A stretch of DNA of 32,000 nucleotides from Wallemia ichthyophaga EXF-994 (taxonomy: Eukaryota; Fungi; Basidiomycota), in contig NW_008806274.1 in the NCBI RefSeq assembly GCF_000400465.1, positions 90,244 through 122,243 on the forward strand, written 5' to 3'. Positions 8,350 to 20,293 of this stretch are shown here, piece by piece. Both the position numbers and the translations under genes were made by a program. Position 1 is the stretch's first letter. Each line of letters begins with the position of its first letter. Under the pieces are notes generated by a model that saw only the letters and a list, made by a program, of their open reading frames with translations, was not told the origin of the DNA and did not search any database.

Positions 8350-10790
8350 ATGAGCTTGAAGGTGTGAAAGACGTGTTTGTAGACTAGTAATCTAATGAGT
8401 TCAGCAGGATGAGCTTACAATTTGGTCGCGGGCTCTGGAAGCATACGACCGAGAAGATGTAGCTCAAGCGGTGAAGAGCTTTAAGACAATCGCACATACC
8501 TCAAAGATACAGTTTGTGGGTAGATAAAAGAATACAGAAACCTTTTTCCTAATCTAATCTAACCAAATCAGAATCTGGGCATGATTTATGATGCACTTGT
8601 TATGAGCACAGAGGCGTTGAAATGCTTCAACCGCGCCAGTGAGCTCGATCAGTATTTGGCTGTATCCCACTTCCAAGCTGGTGTTTCGTACTTTGTAGAT
8701 ACGATGACTTGATATATTGAAACACGCGGACTAACATAAAAAAAACAGAAGCAAAACGAATTCAATGCAGCTATTCACAGCTTTTCTCTCTGCTTAGAGT
8801 GCTTGCACGATAATATAACCATGTACGCACTGTCCGCACTGTCCGCCACTTGTCGGCACTCACTGACGCCGGATGTTTTCAGCACTTACACCCAGCTTGG
8901 TCTCAAGTACAGTCTTCATTACGCTGAGGTTCAATTCAACCTTGGTCTCTGCCTCATTGCCGCCGGTCGCAGAGATCACGGTCTTAATAAACTTCGCTTG
9001 GCACTGATCAAATCTGAGAAACCAGAGCACGCGGTCATTAGTAAGGTGTTAAACAATGGCGGGATTGTGTGTGTGTCGTGTTTTGTCGTTTAGTGTTAAC
9101 TTTATTACGCTCAGGCCACTTCTCTCTTCGCAGTTCCTATTGGTACGCTGTTCCAACCACCAGAGGATAAGATAAAGAATATGGATGTCAAAGTGGGTGA
9201 TGATAACGTATAAACTTACTCAACTGATCAAAACCTAGGATTATCTCGGCCGAAGTCAACTTATCAGCACCTCCCACTCGTACGACCTCTCCGTAAGCTT
9301 TCAAACATTTCTCGCTAACAAATTAACCTGACGTTATCCCTCCGCATTCTTTACATCTTGATATGCTTTAGACTGACTTTGCCGGTGTCAAACTCGTCGA
9401 TCACAAGGAAAGTATCAGCAATCGCATCGGGAATTTGGAAAGATCAAAAACAGCTCCATCTGCGAAAACTGAATCAACATCTATACCAATTTTACGCTCT
9501 AAAACATCATTCAGAGCCAACCTCGAAAGCAGCATATATCCCAAGTCAGCCGTTTTCACAGAAGATATTTTAACCGACGAGACTACTGATAGAACTTCAA
9601 TTTCTGAATCTATTTCAAATCCTACTCAAAGTCATATTCTTGGTCGAGCATGTAAGTGATGCAATGTGGCGCCTTCATTTTAGTCCATCTTCAGGCGCGT
9701 TTGGTAATTAATGAAACTGATGAAAATCTAGACTCTGAAGATAACAACCATTTCCAAAACCATAATAGTGAAATGTACTTTACGCGTAGGCAATTCGAGC
9801 AACCAGCCGCTGAGCTTGAGACAAACATGTTAAACGTGAGTGTTTTGATAAGTGGGTTTGGAGATGGAGGTAGCTGATTACTCTAATACAGGGCCAAGTT
9901 AGTGATTTACACATTGCGCTCGACATGAAGCGTTCTTCACCAATTCTCACTCTCCCACTACACAAATCCAGATCACCGCCACTACCAACACCATCAACGT
10001 CGGCATCTTCGGAGGATAGCGAAAGGAGCTTTAAGAACGCGATGGATGAGAAGCTTAATCTTAAGCCAAAGTCTACGCGCCCAACGTTCATCAATCGTTC
10101 ATTCGGCACACTCAGAACAAAGTCATCGAATCTTATAAACACTAAACGCAGCTCAACATCAATACCAAAGGGTTGGCCATCTACATCTGAGAACGGTACT
10201 GGGACTCCAATGGCCGTGTCACCAATTGGACCCATCTCATCGCCCTTGCCAGGCTCATTCGTTAGCACGGGACCAGGTACTGCCCGCGGCACACCTTCTG
10301 AATCCGATACACCAACGTCGACTTTCCTCGAGTACAAACGTAGTGTACCTTCATTCAACATAAGGATTAAGGTGGGTGTGGGCTTTTGTTCCAACTCGCA
10401 CACATACTGACTTGGATTGTAGATTTTCTTGAATGAGGATGTTAGAGGTATGATTCTTTCCGCCTATGAAACGTCGTATGAGAAGGTAAGTAAGTTTACA
10501 TGGAATTTTTACTTCATCTCAACTCGCACACCAGTTCAGAAGCAATGTACATGCCAAGTTTCCCCACATCGAAGCAGACAGACTGGCAATCAGGTTTAAG
10601 GATGAGAATGATCTGGTGTGAGTGGTTATGTGGGTGTTGATACTCTACTAACGCTCCCCTCAGTACTATCCTCGACGAATCCGATTGGGAAATGGCTATT
10701 GAGTGTGCACGCGTAGAGGCAGAGATGAGAGAACGATCTTATGGATCGTTGGAAGTTCACTGCGCGCAGAGAGTACGTGCACGTGGATGA
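8350..10790 (+). CDS. noxR: NADPH oxidase regulator NoxR/p67phox-like, copy 2 (about 12 introns; TPR + PB1)
   Basis: Manual splicing gives MSLK|QDELTIWSRALEAYD...DQYLAVSHFQAGVSYF...ITYTQLGLKYSLHYAEVQFNLGL...FAVPIGTLFQPPEDKIKNMDVK|DYLGRSQLI...IRIK|IFLNEDVRGM...FKDENDLV|TILDESDWEMAIE, ending at TGA 10788-10790. All junctions are GT-AG. Confidence 0.85.
8827..8864. repeat. Short degenerate 9-10 bp tandem repeat (gcactgtcc) inside an intron of noxR copy 2
   Basis: gcactgtcc gcactgtcc gccacttgtcg gcactcact is visible directly. Confidence 0.6.
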
Positions 10791-10975
10791 ATAAACTACT
10801 AGCAGCAGCACAACAGCACAGGATACCGATATGCAAGGCACAGTTTTACGCTTATTTATTACACATTTTACAGAAATACACTTACAAAGAATATTGTTGT
10901 ACCATTGCATTTAACACATGTTATCGATTCTTATCTTAAGCTTGATCTTGGTTCGTTACTGTGATCATCGACATC

Positions 10976-12570
10976 ATGACAAAAGAATTGAATCCAAAGA
11001 CAAAGGAGTACAGCTTCTTTGGTCCGATTGGTACTGGCGCGATAACGATTCTCACGCCAGTTATCACCTACTTGCTCTACTACGCCTGTCCAAACTCGTA
11101 TGATGATGGTACGTGCAAGCTACTCCAGAAACCAGCGCTTGGTAGACTGGCTGGAAGCGATTTCTGGTATTCTCTCTTCACGCTTGAGGCTTTTGCTGTA
11201 TATCTCGCTTGGTACGCTTTCACTGTCTTCGCATGGGCTATTATACCTGCACAATGGGTACGCGGTACACAGCTGCGTGATGGATCGTACAAGTACTACA
11301 AGATGAATGCGCTAGCCACTCTTCTCATGGCTACTGGTTTGGCTGCTGGACAGATTCTGCGCGCAGGTCCAGAAGGATTCACGTATTTTGCCGATAATTG
11401 GATACCTCTGCTCACTGCATCCCTCGTCATGTCTATCGCTCAGTCTGTGTTCTGCTACGTGTCCTCCTTTACGCAAGGAAAACTACTTGCTTTGGGCGGC
11501 AACACGGGCAACTGTGTGCATGATGTGAGTGGGGATATTTGATTCTGAGGTAACCTGTGCTCACTAGCTATAGTTCTTCATCGGTCGCGAATTAAACCCT
11601 TCGATTGGATCATTCGATATCAAGACTTTCAACGAACTCAGACCAGGTCTTATCCTCTGGTGGATACTCGATATCTCTCTGGCATGCAGACAGTTGGCCA
11701 CCTTTGGCCAGCTGACCGACTCGATGATTCTTGTCGTCGCGTTCCACGGCTGGTATGTGTTTGATGCACTGTACAATGAGGTGTGTGCGATGTTTGTTAC
11801 TCAGTGCATCCACTCACAGCAACTCACACTCCGGACAGTCAATCATTCTCACCCAAATGGATATTGTTCATGACGGGTTTGGTTACATGTTGGGTGGGTA
11901 AAGTGCTTTGGTTGTATTTGACTCACTGACCACTTTTGTCTCAACAGCCTTCGGCGATCTCACCTGGGTGCCTTTCACATACTCCCTGCAAGCCCGCTTT
12001 CTTGCATACCATCCAAATATTTTAGGTCCATCTGGAAGTGCTGCAATTGCCGCTTTGCAGCTGTTAGGTTATTACATCTTCCGCACATCCAACGCCGAGA
12101 AGAACGAGTTCAGGAATGGCAAGAATCCAAAGAGTGAGTAGGGTGATTTGTTGGCTGTGTTTCTAATCACATAAAACGCACGATAGACCTCCAGTACATG
12201 CAAACCAAGAGGGGTACTAAGCTACTCACGTCTGGATGGTGGGGTACACTGAGACACCCCAACTACCTCGGTGAGTAGGGTGCGTAAATGACACTCCCAG
12301 TCCACTTACATCCTTCAAGGCGATCTCATAATGGCGTTGGCGTGGAGTCTCCCAACTGGTTCACTCACACCATTGACCTATTTCTACCCAGCTTACTTCA
12401 CCGTCTTGCTCATCCATAGAGCTCTTCGTGATGATGCACACTGTCGAGAGAAGTAGGTGGCGCACAGTGATTATAAGTGAGCCAGCTAATTTGGTTGTTC
12501 TAGGTATGGCGATGATTGGAATGCGTACGTTGAGAAAGTGCCGTACTGCATATTCCCGTATGTGTTCTGA
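10976..12570 (+). CDS. ERG24: Delta14-sterol (C-14 sterol) reductase, ERG4/ERG24 family, multi-exon
   Basis: N-terminus [15 protein letters not shown] resembles Erg24. Also [64 protein letters not shown], and end [22 protein letters not shown]. Confidence 0.92.
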
Positions 12571-12666
12571 GATGACTTGAGAGTATTTGCAAGGGTTTTT
12601 TATATAAATATTATTATTTACATTTTTCAATCACCTATCACATATTGCGCGCCTGTCTTGTGTGCG

Positions 12667-13288
12667 ATGACAAAACGCGACATTGAAGCAACTCAACCGG
12701 ACGGAACGACAGAAAAAGAAAGCAAAATGACCAAAGCCACTCAAGTAACATCACTTCTCGTTAAAAAGCTCTGTCCACAAGCGCAGCTCCCAGCGCGAGG
12801 AAGTGCATATGCAGCTGGATATGATTTGTTCTCAGTCGAGAAGAAGGTAATTGGTGCTGGTGACAAAGCTCTGATTGATTTGGGTATTTCTATCTCAGTG
12901 CCTGCTGGTACATACGGTCGTGTTGCACCTCGTAGTGGATTAGCAGCTAAACATCACATTCATACTGGCGCTGGTGTCATCGATGCTGATTACCGCGGAC
13001 GAGTGTTTGTTTTGTTGTTCAACTTGTCACAGAAAGACTTTGAAAGTGGGTTGGTGTTGGCTTATGGCTGATGGCTGCTAGAAGCTAGCGTGACGCGTAA
13101 ACGCACCCTCTAACATACTCTCAACAGTCAATCAAGGCGATAGAGTTGCTCAGCTTATTCTCGAAAAGATCGAGACTTTCCCCGTAGAAGAGGTGGAGGA
13201 ATTGAGCGAGACTGTGCGCGGTGCAGGTGGATTTGGAAGTACGGGTGGATATGGTGAGGACAATGCACAAGAAAAAGCGCAAGGGTAG
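12667..13288 (+). CDS. DUT1: dUTP pyrophosphatase (trimeric dUTPase), one intron
   Basis: Motifs [35 protein letters not shown] and [10 protein letters not shown]; stop TAG 13286-13288. Confidence 0.97.
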
Positions 13289-13352
13289 GCTGTGTTGTGT
13301 GTTGTAGCATCATTATACCATGCATAAGCATTGTGTAAAAATTACAGATAAA

Positions 13353-14503
13353 TTACTTGTCTACTTGCATATCGCCGTCTTCTTCATCCTGGTCATCACT
13401 CACCCACTCCTCACCTTCATCCTCCTCCTCATCTTCATCCGCATCCCCGAATGGCTTTGTTGGAATATTGGAGGATTTCAGCGTGGATAGCAGTTCAGTG
13501 ACATGCTCTAGCAGCGGCTGGTCGTCGTATTCTACCTCTAGATATATCTGCGTTATTTGTTTTTGTCAATGTGGGTGTGATTGTGCTATTCTTTACCCAC
13601 CTTGGCACAACTCTCTAAAGCGAATTTAGACTCGGGCCAAGCAACTTCTTTTGGTCTTGGTGGGGTGTTATTGCTGCCGATGCCATCTAATGGAGTGACA
13701 TTTCCATCGCCTTCGAGGAATAGTATCCAGCCAGCGATATACCACGTCTCAGGGTCATGGTCATCTACGGCGAGTGCGGTTTTTGCGATGTCGAGGGCAT
13801 TTGTGAGATCGCCAAGCTCAACAAACACCTTGGCTAACGACCGCATGGATTCGGTTGTAGGAAACATGCTATCTGAAATGGGAAGCTCTTTCCAGCAGTT
13901 GTAGGCATTGAGGGCGTGTTGAAGGGATTGTTGGGCTGGCTGCTGTGAGGATATGGAGTGTGAAGCGAGGTTTGTATGTATATCGCAGTCTGTGCTGTCT
14001 ATAGAGAGTGCCTGGTTGAGGTAATCGAAGCTGGCTTGTTGAGCGTCTGGAGAGAAGCATAAATCAGTCATGTACAGCTCTGCTAAACTGACGAGAGTTG
14101 CTGTCGCCTTTCTCTTGAGATCAGTGGTCTGTTCGCCGGCGTCACTCTGCTGTCGCTCAAGCAGTCCAAGTATACTCTCAAACGCACTACGGAAACACTC
14201 CAACGAATTCTCACCGCCGTCTGCCATTTGCCCAAGATATAATTTAGCATCGACTTCTCTCTCCAAATCACCACAATTGGCCAGCCTAAAGAAATCTTCG
14301 TAGGCTGCTTCTGGGTTGCCTAGTTCTAGATTACACAGTGAACGAAATTGTAAGCCATCTGCGTTATCTGCGTCTTTTTCGAGAATTTGTTCCGAGTGCT
14401 GAAGTGCCTGCTCATACTCCTGCTGCGAGATGTGTATTAATGTTTTCTGTAGTAATTCTGCGAGTATTTCTGATGGCTGCGACGTTGGCGCTGTGTCGGC
14501 CAT
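13353..14503 (-). CDS. ACL4: TPR-repeat protein with acidic tail, probably the Rpl4 assembly chaperone Acl4
   Basis: TPR-like helices (LYLGQMADGGENSLECF, LVSLAELYMTDLC, ETWYIAGW). After one intron, the last exon has EYDDQPLLEHVTELL and a D/E-rich tail ending at TAA 13353-13355. Family assignment is from recalled architecture. Confidence 0.75.
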
Positions 14504-14865
14504 TTTTGCTGCTGTTGGTGGAAGACGAGAGTGAGTAGAAATTGAAGGAAAATCATGTGATAATTGAAGTGGTCAGAGTGTGGCCGTGGAGCTGTCTGTT
14601 TAGACTTATTCAATGCTGAGATCGGCACACGCCTCCAAATACAATCAACAACATTCAGACGTCATCGCCACCGGACTGATAGCAACAGAGTTTATAATGT
14701 AATATAAGAATCCCATCACTGTAGCATATGGCGCTTTTAAAAGCCTTTTATCGGCCTAAAGCCGTTCGGTTAGCATCCGGCACATGATATCGGGGAATGT
14801 GTCTAGAGTATTGCGTGCTGCGTCTTTCCAAACAACAGCCAGCATCTATAAACTAGTTGAACACT

Positions 14866-15734
14866 ATGGAACACTGCTGCAAATACATCGCAAGCTTCTC
14901 CTCCCAAGCACCAAAAGGGATCGAATCTACCATCGCCGAGCATAAGGTGTACATAACATCCCCAGATCACTCACAGAACGATATCGTAGTTGTAATCATC
15001 CCTGATATTTTTGTAGGTGGTTGCTAGCTGCAGGGAATCCCTTTGACACTCCCACTCCGACTGCCAGGGATGGTCACTCACAAACACCCGCGTTCTCGCT
15101 GACGCTTACGCTGCACAAGCAGGCGTGCGTGTATACGTCCCAGACTTCTACGCCGGCGACCATGCACCATTCGACAAGACCGCACTGAAGAATTTGTGGG
15201 TGAGACACATTCTCATGCGCAAAAAATACTCAGACAAACTCCCCTTACAGCGACCTCAATCAGTTCATCAGCAAGCACCCCCCACGCGAGAAGCGCGACG
15301 AGGTGGAGCACGTAGCTAAAGCCATCAAAGAGTCCTCGAAAGCACACCGCTTGGCAGCTATCGGGTTCTGCTGGGGTGCCCCCTCTGCCCTCTACATGGG
15401 TCGTCAAGGAGGAGTGGCTGATGGCGTGTCTTTCGCCCACCCTTCGCTCGTTCAAGATGATGATTTTAGCGCTCTCGCCAAGCCTGCCATGTTCATCTGC
15501 GCGGAGCATGACCCCATTTTCACAAAGGAGATGGAAAACAAGGCGAGAAGTATCATGGCAGACAAGGCAAATACACAGGGTGATAACAGAGTTTACTCCA
15601 CTTGGCACACCTTCCTCGGTACTCAGCACCACTTTGCCACTCGTGGCGATGAAGACGATCCTTACACCGCTCGCGCTATGAAAGACGCCCAATGCCTCGC
15701 TAGCAACTTCTTCAAGAGCTTTCGCGGGGATTAG
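14866..15734 (+). CDS. Dienelactone hydrolase family alpha/beta-hydrolase, copy 1 (two introns)
   Basis: MEHCCKY...IPDIF|GWSLTNTRVLADAYA...VYVPDF, nucleophile GFCWG, AEHDPIF (Asp) and GTQHHF (His). Confidence 0.9.
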
Positions 15735-16017
15735 CGGGGTGTTTTGATGAGACTACATCAATGAAACAATATGAATGAAGAATTAACAAGAAATAAATAA
15801 ATCAACGACCACATAGTCATTCAAATGTATCAATCTAAGATAACTAAAATTTTCTTTGTCTCGGGTGTTAGAAAGTCACATTCATCAGCTTAAATATCCA
15901 CGCATACATTCGCAGCCGAGACAGCCGACACACGGGACAATTGAGACTAACTCAAAATGACGTAGTGATTACCTAATCGCGGTTACCTTACAACGACCAA
16001 CATCAAAATCAATCAAA

Positions 16018-16825
16018 ATGGGAGACTGCTGCAAATACATCGGATCATTTTCCAAAGGCACGCCTAAGGGTATCGAGTCCACGATCGGCGGCTTGAAGAC
16101 TTATATCGCTTCACCAAGCCACGAGCAAGGCGATGTAGCTGTGCTGATGATTAGTGACATCTACGGCTGGGAGTTTGTGAACTCGCGTGTACTCGCCGAC
16201 ACATATGCCCAAGAATCGGGTGCGCGTGTTTATCTCCCCGATTTCCTGGACGGTGAATATGCACCAACGAGCGAAGACGGCAAGAAGAATTTGTGGGTGT
16301 AGCGTGCTTCACTCTAAGCAGATGATCTAACCAGCCTCACAATTACACAGCGATCTCGGTGCATTCATCGGCCGCCACCACCCACGTCAGCAGAAGGAGA
16401 AGGCGGAGCGTGTTGCACGCGATATTAAGGCGACGAGCAAGGCGAGAGTGTTGGTTGCAGGTGGTTATTGCTGGGGCGCACCAGCTGCCCTCTCTCTCTG
16501 CCAGAAGGATGGCGTGGCAGACGCTCTCCTCCTCGCTCACCCTACTCTCACTGAAGATGAGGACTTCGAAAACCTCACCAAGCCTGCTATGTTCATTTGC
16601 GCTGAACACGATCCTATATTTACCCCAGAGAAGGAGGACGCTGCGAGAAAGATCACCGCGAAGAAGGCTAATGCTAACGGCGACGACAGAGTTTACTCCA
16701 CTTGGCTCTCTTTCTTAGGAACCGGTCACGGCTTTAGCGTTAGAGGCGATGAGAACGACCCCTTCACTGCGAGAGCGATGCGTGATGCTCAGAAATTAGC
16801 TTGTAGTTTTTTCAAGACGATCTGA
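16018..16825 (+). CDS. Dienelactone hydrolase family alpha/beta-hydrolase, copy 2 (one intron)
   Basis: MGDCCKY...ISDIYGWEFVNSRVLADTYA...GYCWG...AEHDPIF...GTGHGFSVRG; colinear paralogue of copy 1. Confidence 0.9.
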
Positions 16826-16920
16826 ATGTGAATATAAATGAATAGATTGCTTTTTACGTAGTAGAGCAGACATAGTAAAAGCATGTAATCATTGATAAGT
16901 ATTATGTCAAAGATGAAACA

Positions 16921-18666
16921 TCAGACCGATTTAGTCAACACCAGCCTGCGTGTCCTTCCAAGCCATTCAATCTACAATGTGTTAGCTAATTCACCCACTA
17001 AACACCCTCACTCACATCCGAAACACGGTTCATAGTCGCCTCCAAATCCTTATCAAAGTTTGGTAAGCTGACAAATTCCCTTGCAGCCGTAAGTAATACG
17101 TGTGAATCCATCCTGACGTTGTGGTTCACCTAGTAGTAGTGTGTCAGAGAGGTTAAGTAAAACATCCAGACATACATCCATGCTGAGTATATTCAATCTA
17201 TCAAGTGGTTCGAGGAAATCAGTGCGCGTCATGAGTTGGCGTGCTTTATAGAAGCTGACGTGAGGGCTTGCCGCGGGATCCATGTTGTCTGGTACAGTGC
17301 TCTCGTCATCCTCATCTTCACTCCCCACCGTTTTCTGCCTCGCCAAATAAGCCAACAGAGCCCAGCTGCAGCTCGACCACTTCTGCTCATCCATCACGTC
17401 ATCATCCATATCTGGAATCAAGCCAATCTGCGATAACAGCCACGCTTTCTCAGTCTGGATGAGCTGGCGAGCAGCGCCGAGAATATCCACCTCGCGGGAA
17501 ATATGGGAGATATGAGACATGCGTCCTCCTATAAGACTGTACACCTGCTCATACACGTCATCGGTGAGATCTGGCAGGCTGCGAACGAGTTTAGTGTCAA
17601 TGTTGTAGTTGTATGCTGTCTTGCGCATGCGACGCATAGCGCGAATGGCATCGTCGCGCTGCAAATCGTGCACAGAGAGTATTTTCATCCGGTTAGCGTT
17701 CTTCTTGAGCTTGTCGAGCACCCAGTAGTCATCACTCGTGAAAACAAAGGTAGCTATGCCGCTCTCGGCCCACGATTCAGCGCGTTGTTGAAGCTGGTGT
17801 ATCACTCCCACGCCCGTCTCGTCATTCTGAAGGAGATGGAGGTTGTTAAAGATGAAAACTATCGGTTTGCCGTGTTTTGAGCGGATTCGCATCGCTACCT
17901 TTTCGAGTTTGGACAGAGCACGCTCTATGTCGAGTAGAGGACCAGCGTCACGAGGCTCGCGGCGCTGGAAAAGCGCGCCGTAGAAGTCCTCAAGGAATTC
18001 GTAATTCAGCGCTTTGCCTACGCGTAGACGAAACACTTCTAAATCAGGGTGTGTTTCGCAATACGCGATACGATCGCTATTTGTCTCGAACATTGAATCT
18101 AAAATCATTGTAGCCTTGCCTGTACCCTTAGGACCGAGGAGGAGATAATACTTGCCCGGTGCACTACCCTCGATGATAGTCTTGATTATGGGTTTCTCGG
18201 GTCTATTAATGTGTATTGCATCGTCTGATAACCCACTCTCATCTGACATCTTGGCTAGCTCCGTCGCTGGATCGTAGCCAGGCGCGAATGCATCTTCCAT
18301 TTTGTTGAGTACACTCCACTTGTACCACATTAAGTATACACCACCTGAGGCAAATATTACTGATAGCCCTAAAATCGTTGAGAGTACAGCTGCGAATGCT
18401 GGATTGCTGCTGAGTACATCTGCTAAAGACTTTTCCGAAGTTTCGCCCGATTTCTTTGAAGAATTATCCCCTTTAACCTCTACCTCACTCACGCCTGTCA
18501 CCTCCGGACCTGGTGAGGGCTGTTGGTTGAATGGGTTTTCGCGGCGTAGGGGAGTATGTGAGAATGTGCGTGTAGACATGCGTGTAGAAGTGCGTGATTG
18601 TCGAGAAATAGAGATTGATTTACATCCGCGGATGAATTGGCTTGAAAAATTGAATCTTGTCAACAT
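16921..18666 (-). CDS. Predicted mitochondrial single-pass membrane protein with an AAA/P-loop-like domain (degenerate Walker motifs)
   Basis: ATG 18666 (MLTRFNFSSQFIRGCK..., Arg/Ser-rich presequence-like), hydrophobic helix FAAVLSTILGLSVIFASGGVYLMWY, P-loop GPKGTGKA. Two 3' introns; ends ...LVLTKSV* at 16921-16923. Confidence 0.75.
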
Positions 18667-18778
18667 GATGAACGTGCAGATCAGATAAAGAAAGAAAGAC
18701 AAAGTAAAACGTGGAAAACAAAGATGAAAATAATATTAAAGAGTGCAAAATAAAATATAAATATATTAATTGGCTGTT

Positions 18779-19635
18779 TTACGCGTTATCCTGCACATCT
18801 GCCAGCCTTTGTTTGATGATCTCTCTGAGTTTGACACCTTCCGACTTTTTCAAACCGTGGCCAGCTTTAATACCCTTTGCAGCTTTAAATAGACCCTTGG
18901 GATGGCTGTTGTTGTTGTTGCCGCTATCGCCACCCTTATCTTCCTTATAAATGGCGTCACCAAGCGTGTCTAGTTGCTGGGCTAGCTCGCGAGATTCTTC
19001 GGGGAGGTGGATATAAAACTCAGCTCGTTTAATTAGATACTCCTCGAACATATTTGCATTTCGACTGTTCGCCTTCCAAGCAGCAAGAACAACGTCACCT
19101 GCGAGTGGAACCAAACCAAAAGCCACAGATACGATATTGTTAAACCAAGCATGATTTATAATACCAGCAGGTAGATCAAGGTTTTTTTCAGCTACTCGGA
19201 GCACTAAAAAGTAGTTAAGGAGAGCGTCCTGTAGGTTGAGGTGTGAGTAATGACGTCATATAAGGATAAGTGGTGTGTTCGCTGTGCTGGATGTGCTGTA
19301 AAGCAGAAAACACGCTCAACACACTCGAAAATTTCAGAACCCACCAGAACATCACCAAATCCAGGAATGAGACCGAAAATAAAAGTGTATCCGAATTGTA
19401 AACCACACAAATTGAATCCCTTATCGAGGCGATAAGCTCTCTTTCTAATTTTGGCAAGAGTGGCTTGGTCTTTCTTCGATAAGCCGAGAGGGATTTCCCG
19501 CTTCTTGGTCTGTGCGTTGCCGCTGTCATCCGTGTACTCCTCGTATAGCGGATTCCTAGGCCCCAAAGCCGCAACCTTATCGAAAACGTACTTTCCAGTG
19601 ACCTCGGCAACAACCTTTTTAACAATTGCAGACAT
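18779..19635 (-). CDS. DUF4112 family membrane protein (one intron)
   Basis: MSAIVKKVVAEV...PRNPLYEEY...KIRKRAYRLDKGFNLCGLQFGYTFIFGLIPGFGDV|...VAFGLVPLAGDVVLAAWKANSRNANMFEEYL, typical of the family as recalled. Confidence 0.85.
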
Positions 19636-19710
19636 TTGAATAAATTTGAGCTTATTTGGCCGTGATAGGAGTGGACCAACGAATAAAGACATCTTCTCTC
19701 CGCTGACATC

Positions 19711-20293
19711 ATGAGCGAGTCGATAAATATAAATATTCCAGAGCGTGGCAGGCAGCGTAGCAGCAGCGAGAGTGAGGCGGGTAGCAGCAACAGCTACAGC
19801 GCCAGCAACAGCAACAGCCACAGCACCAGCGTCAAGGCAGCATTACCCACAAGATCACCATTCAGTGCGCAGCCATTCAGGGAGTCAGCCACACATCAAA
19901 CATCCCCAACATCCCCAAAATCTACACCACCGCAGGCTCTGGCTATCCCACCGCCCAGGAGATTGTCTGGTAGCTTCGAGTTTAGTGGACAGCCATCGCC
20001 AGCAGCGAGCACAGGAAACACCAATGCAGCTGGAATATCGAACATGTTTAGACGCTTCTCATTTAAGGTGTGTCCTAGGATTATTACTGGTTTTTTTAAC
20101 GCGTTTATAGGGTACAAATCAGCCAGTAGCGAATAATACACTGAACACCATCCCCGCAAAACAGCCACTGCAGACGGAGATAACACCCACTCGCCCGCAA
20201 TCTCATAACAGAAGAAAGTCGGAGCAGAAGAGACCCGTATCTCCAATGGGTGAGCGTATCCTCCGCGGCAGCTTCGACGGCTCTGGATTTTGA
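19711..20293 (+). CDS. Ser-rich, probably disordered hypothetical protein with C-terminal motif RPVSPMGERILRGSFD (one intron, about 20068-20111)
   Basis: ORF 19711 ends at a donor after RRFSFK. The second exon reads GTNQPVANN...KRPVSPMGERILRGSFDGSGF* to TGA 20291-20293. Confidence 0.7.

Noticed and set aside
9652-9683. A 32-nt intron in noxR copy 2
   Set aside because: An alternative in-frame acceptor at 9731 with a CTGAT branch point gives a more ordinary 80-nt intron.
12667-13288. dUTPase as a sign of a viral or retroelement insertion
   Set aside because: It has a spliceosomal intron, sits among housekeeping genes, and has no flanking viral genes or LTRs.
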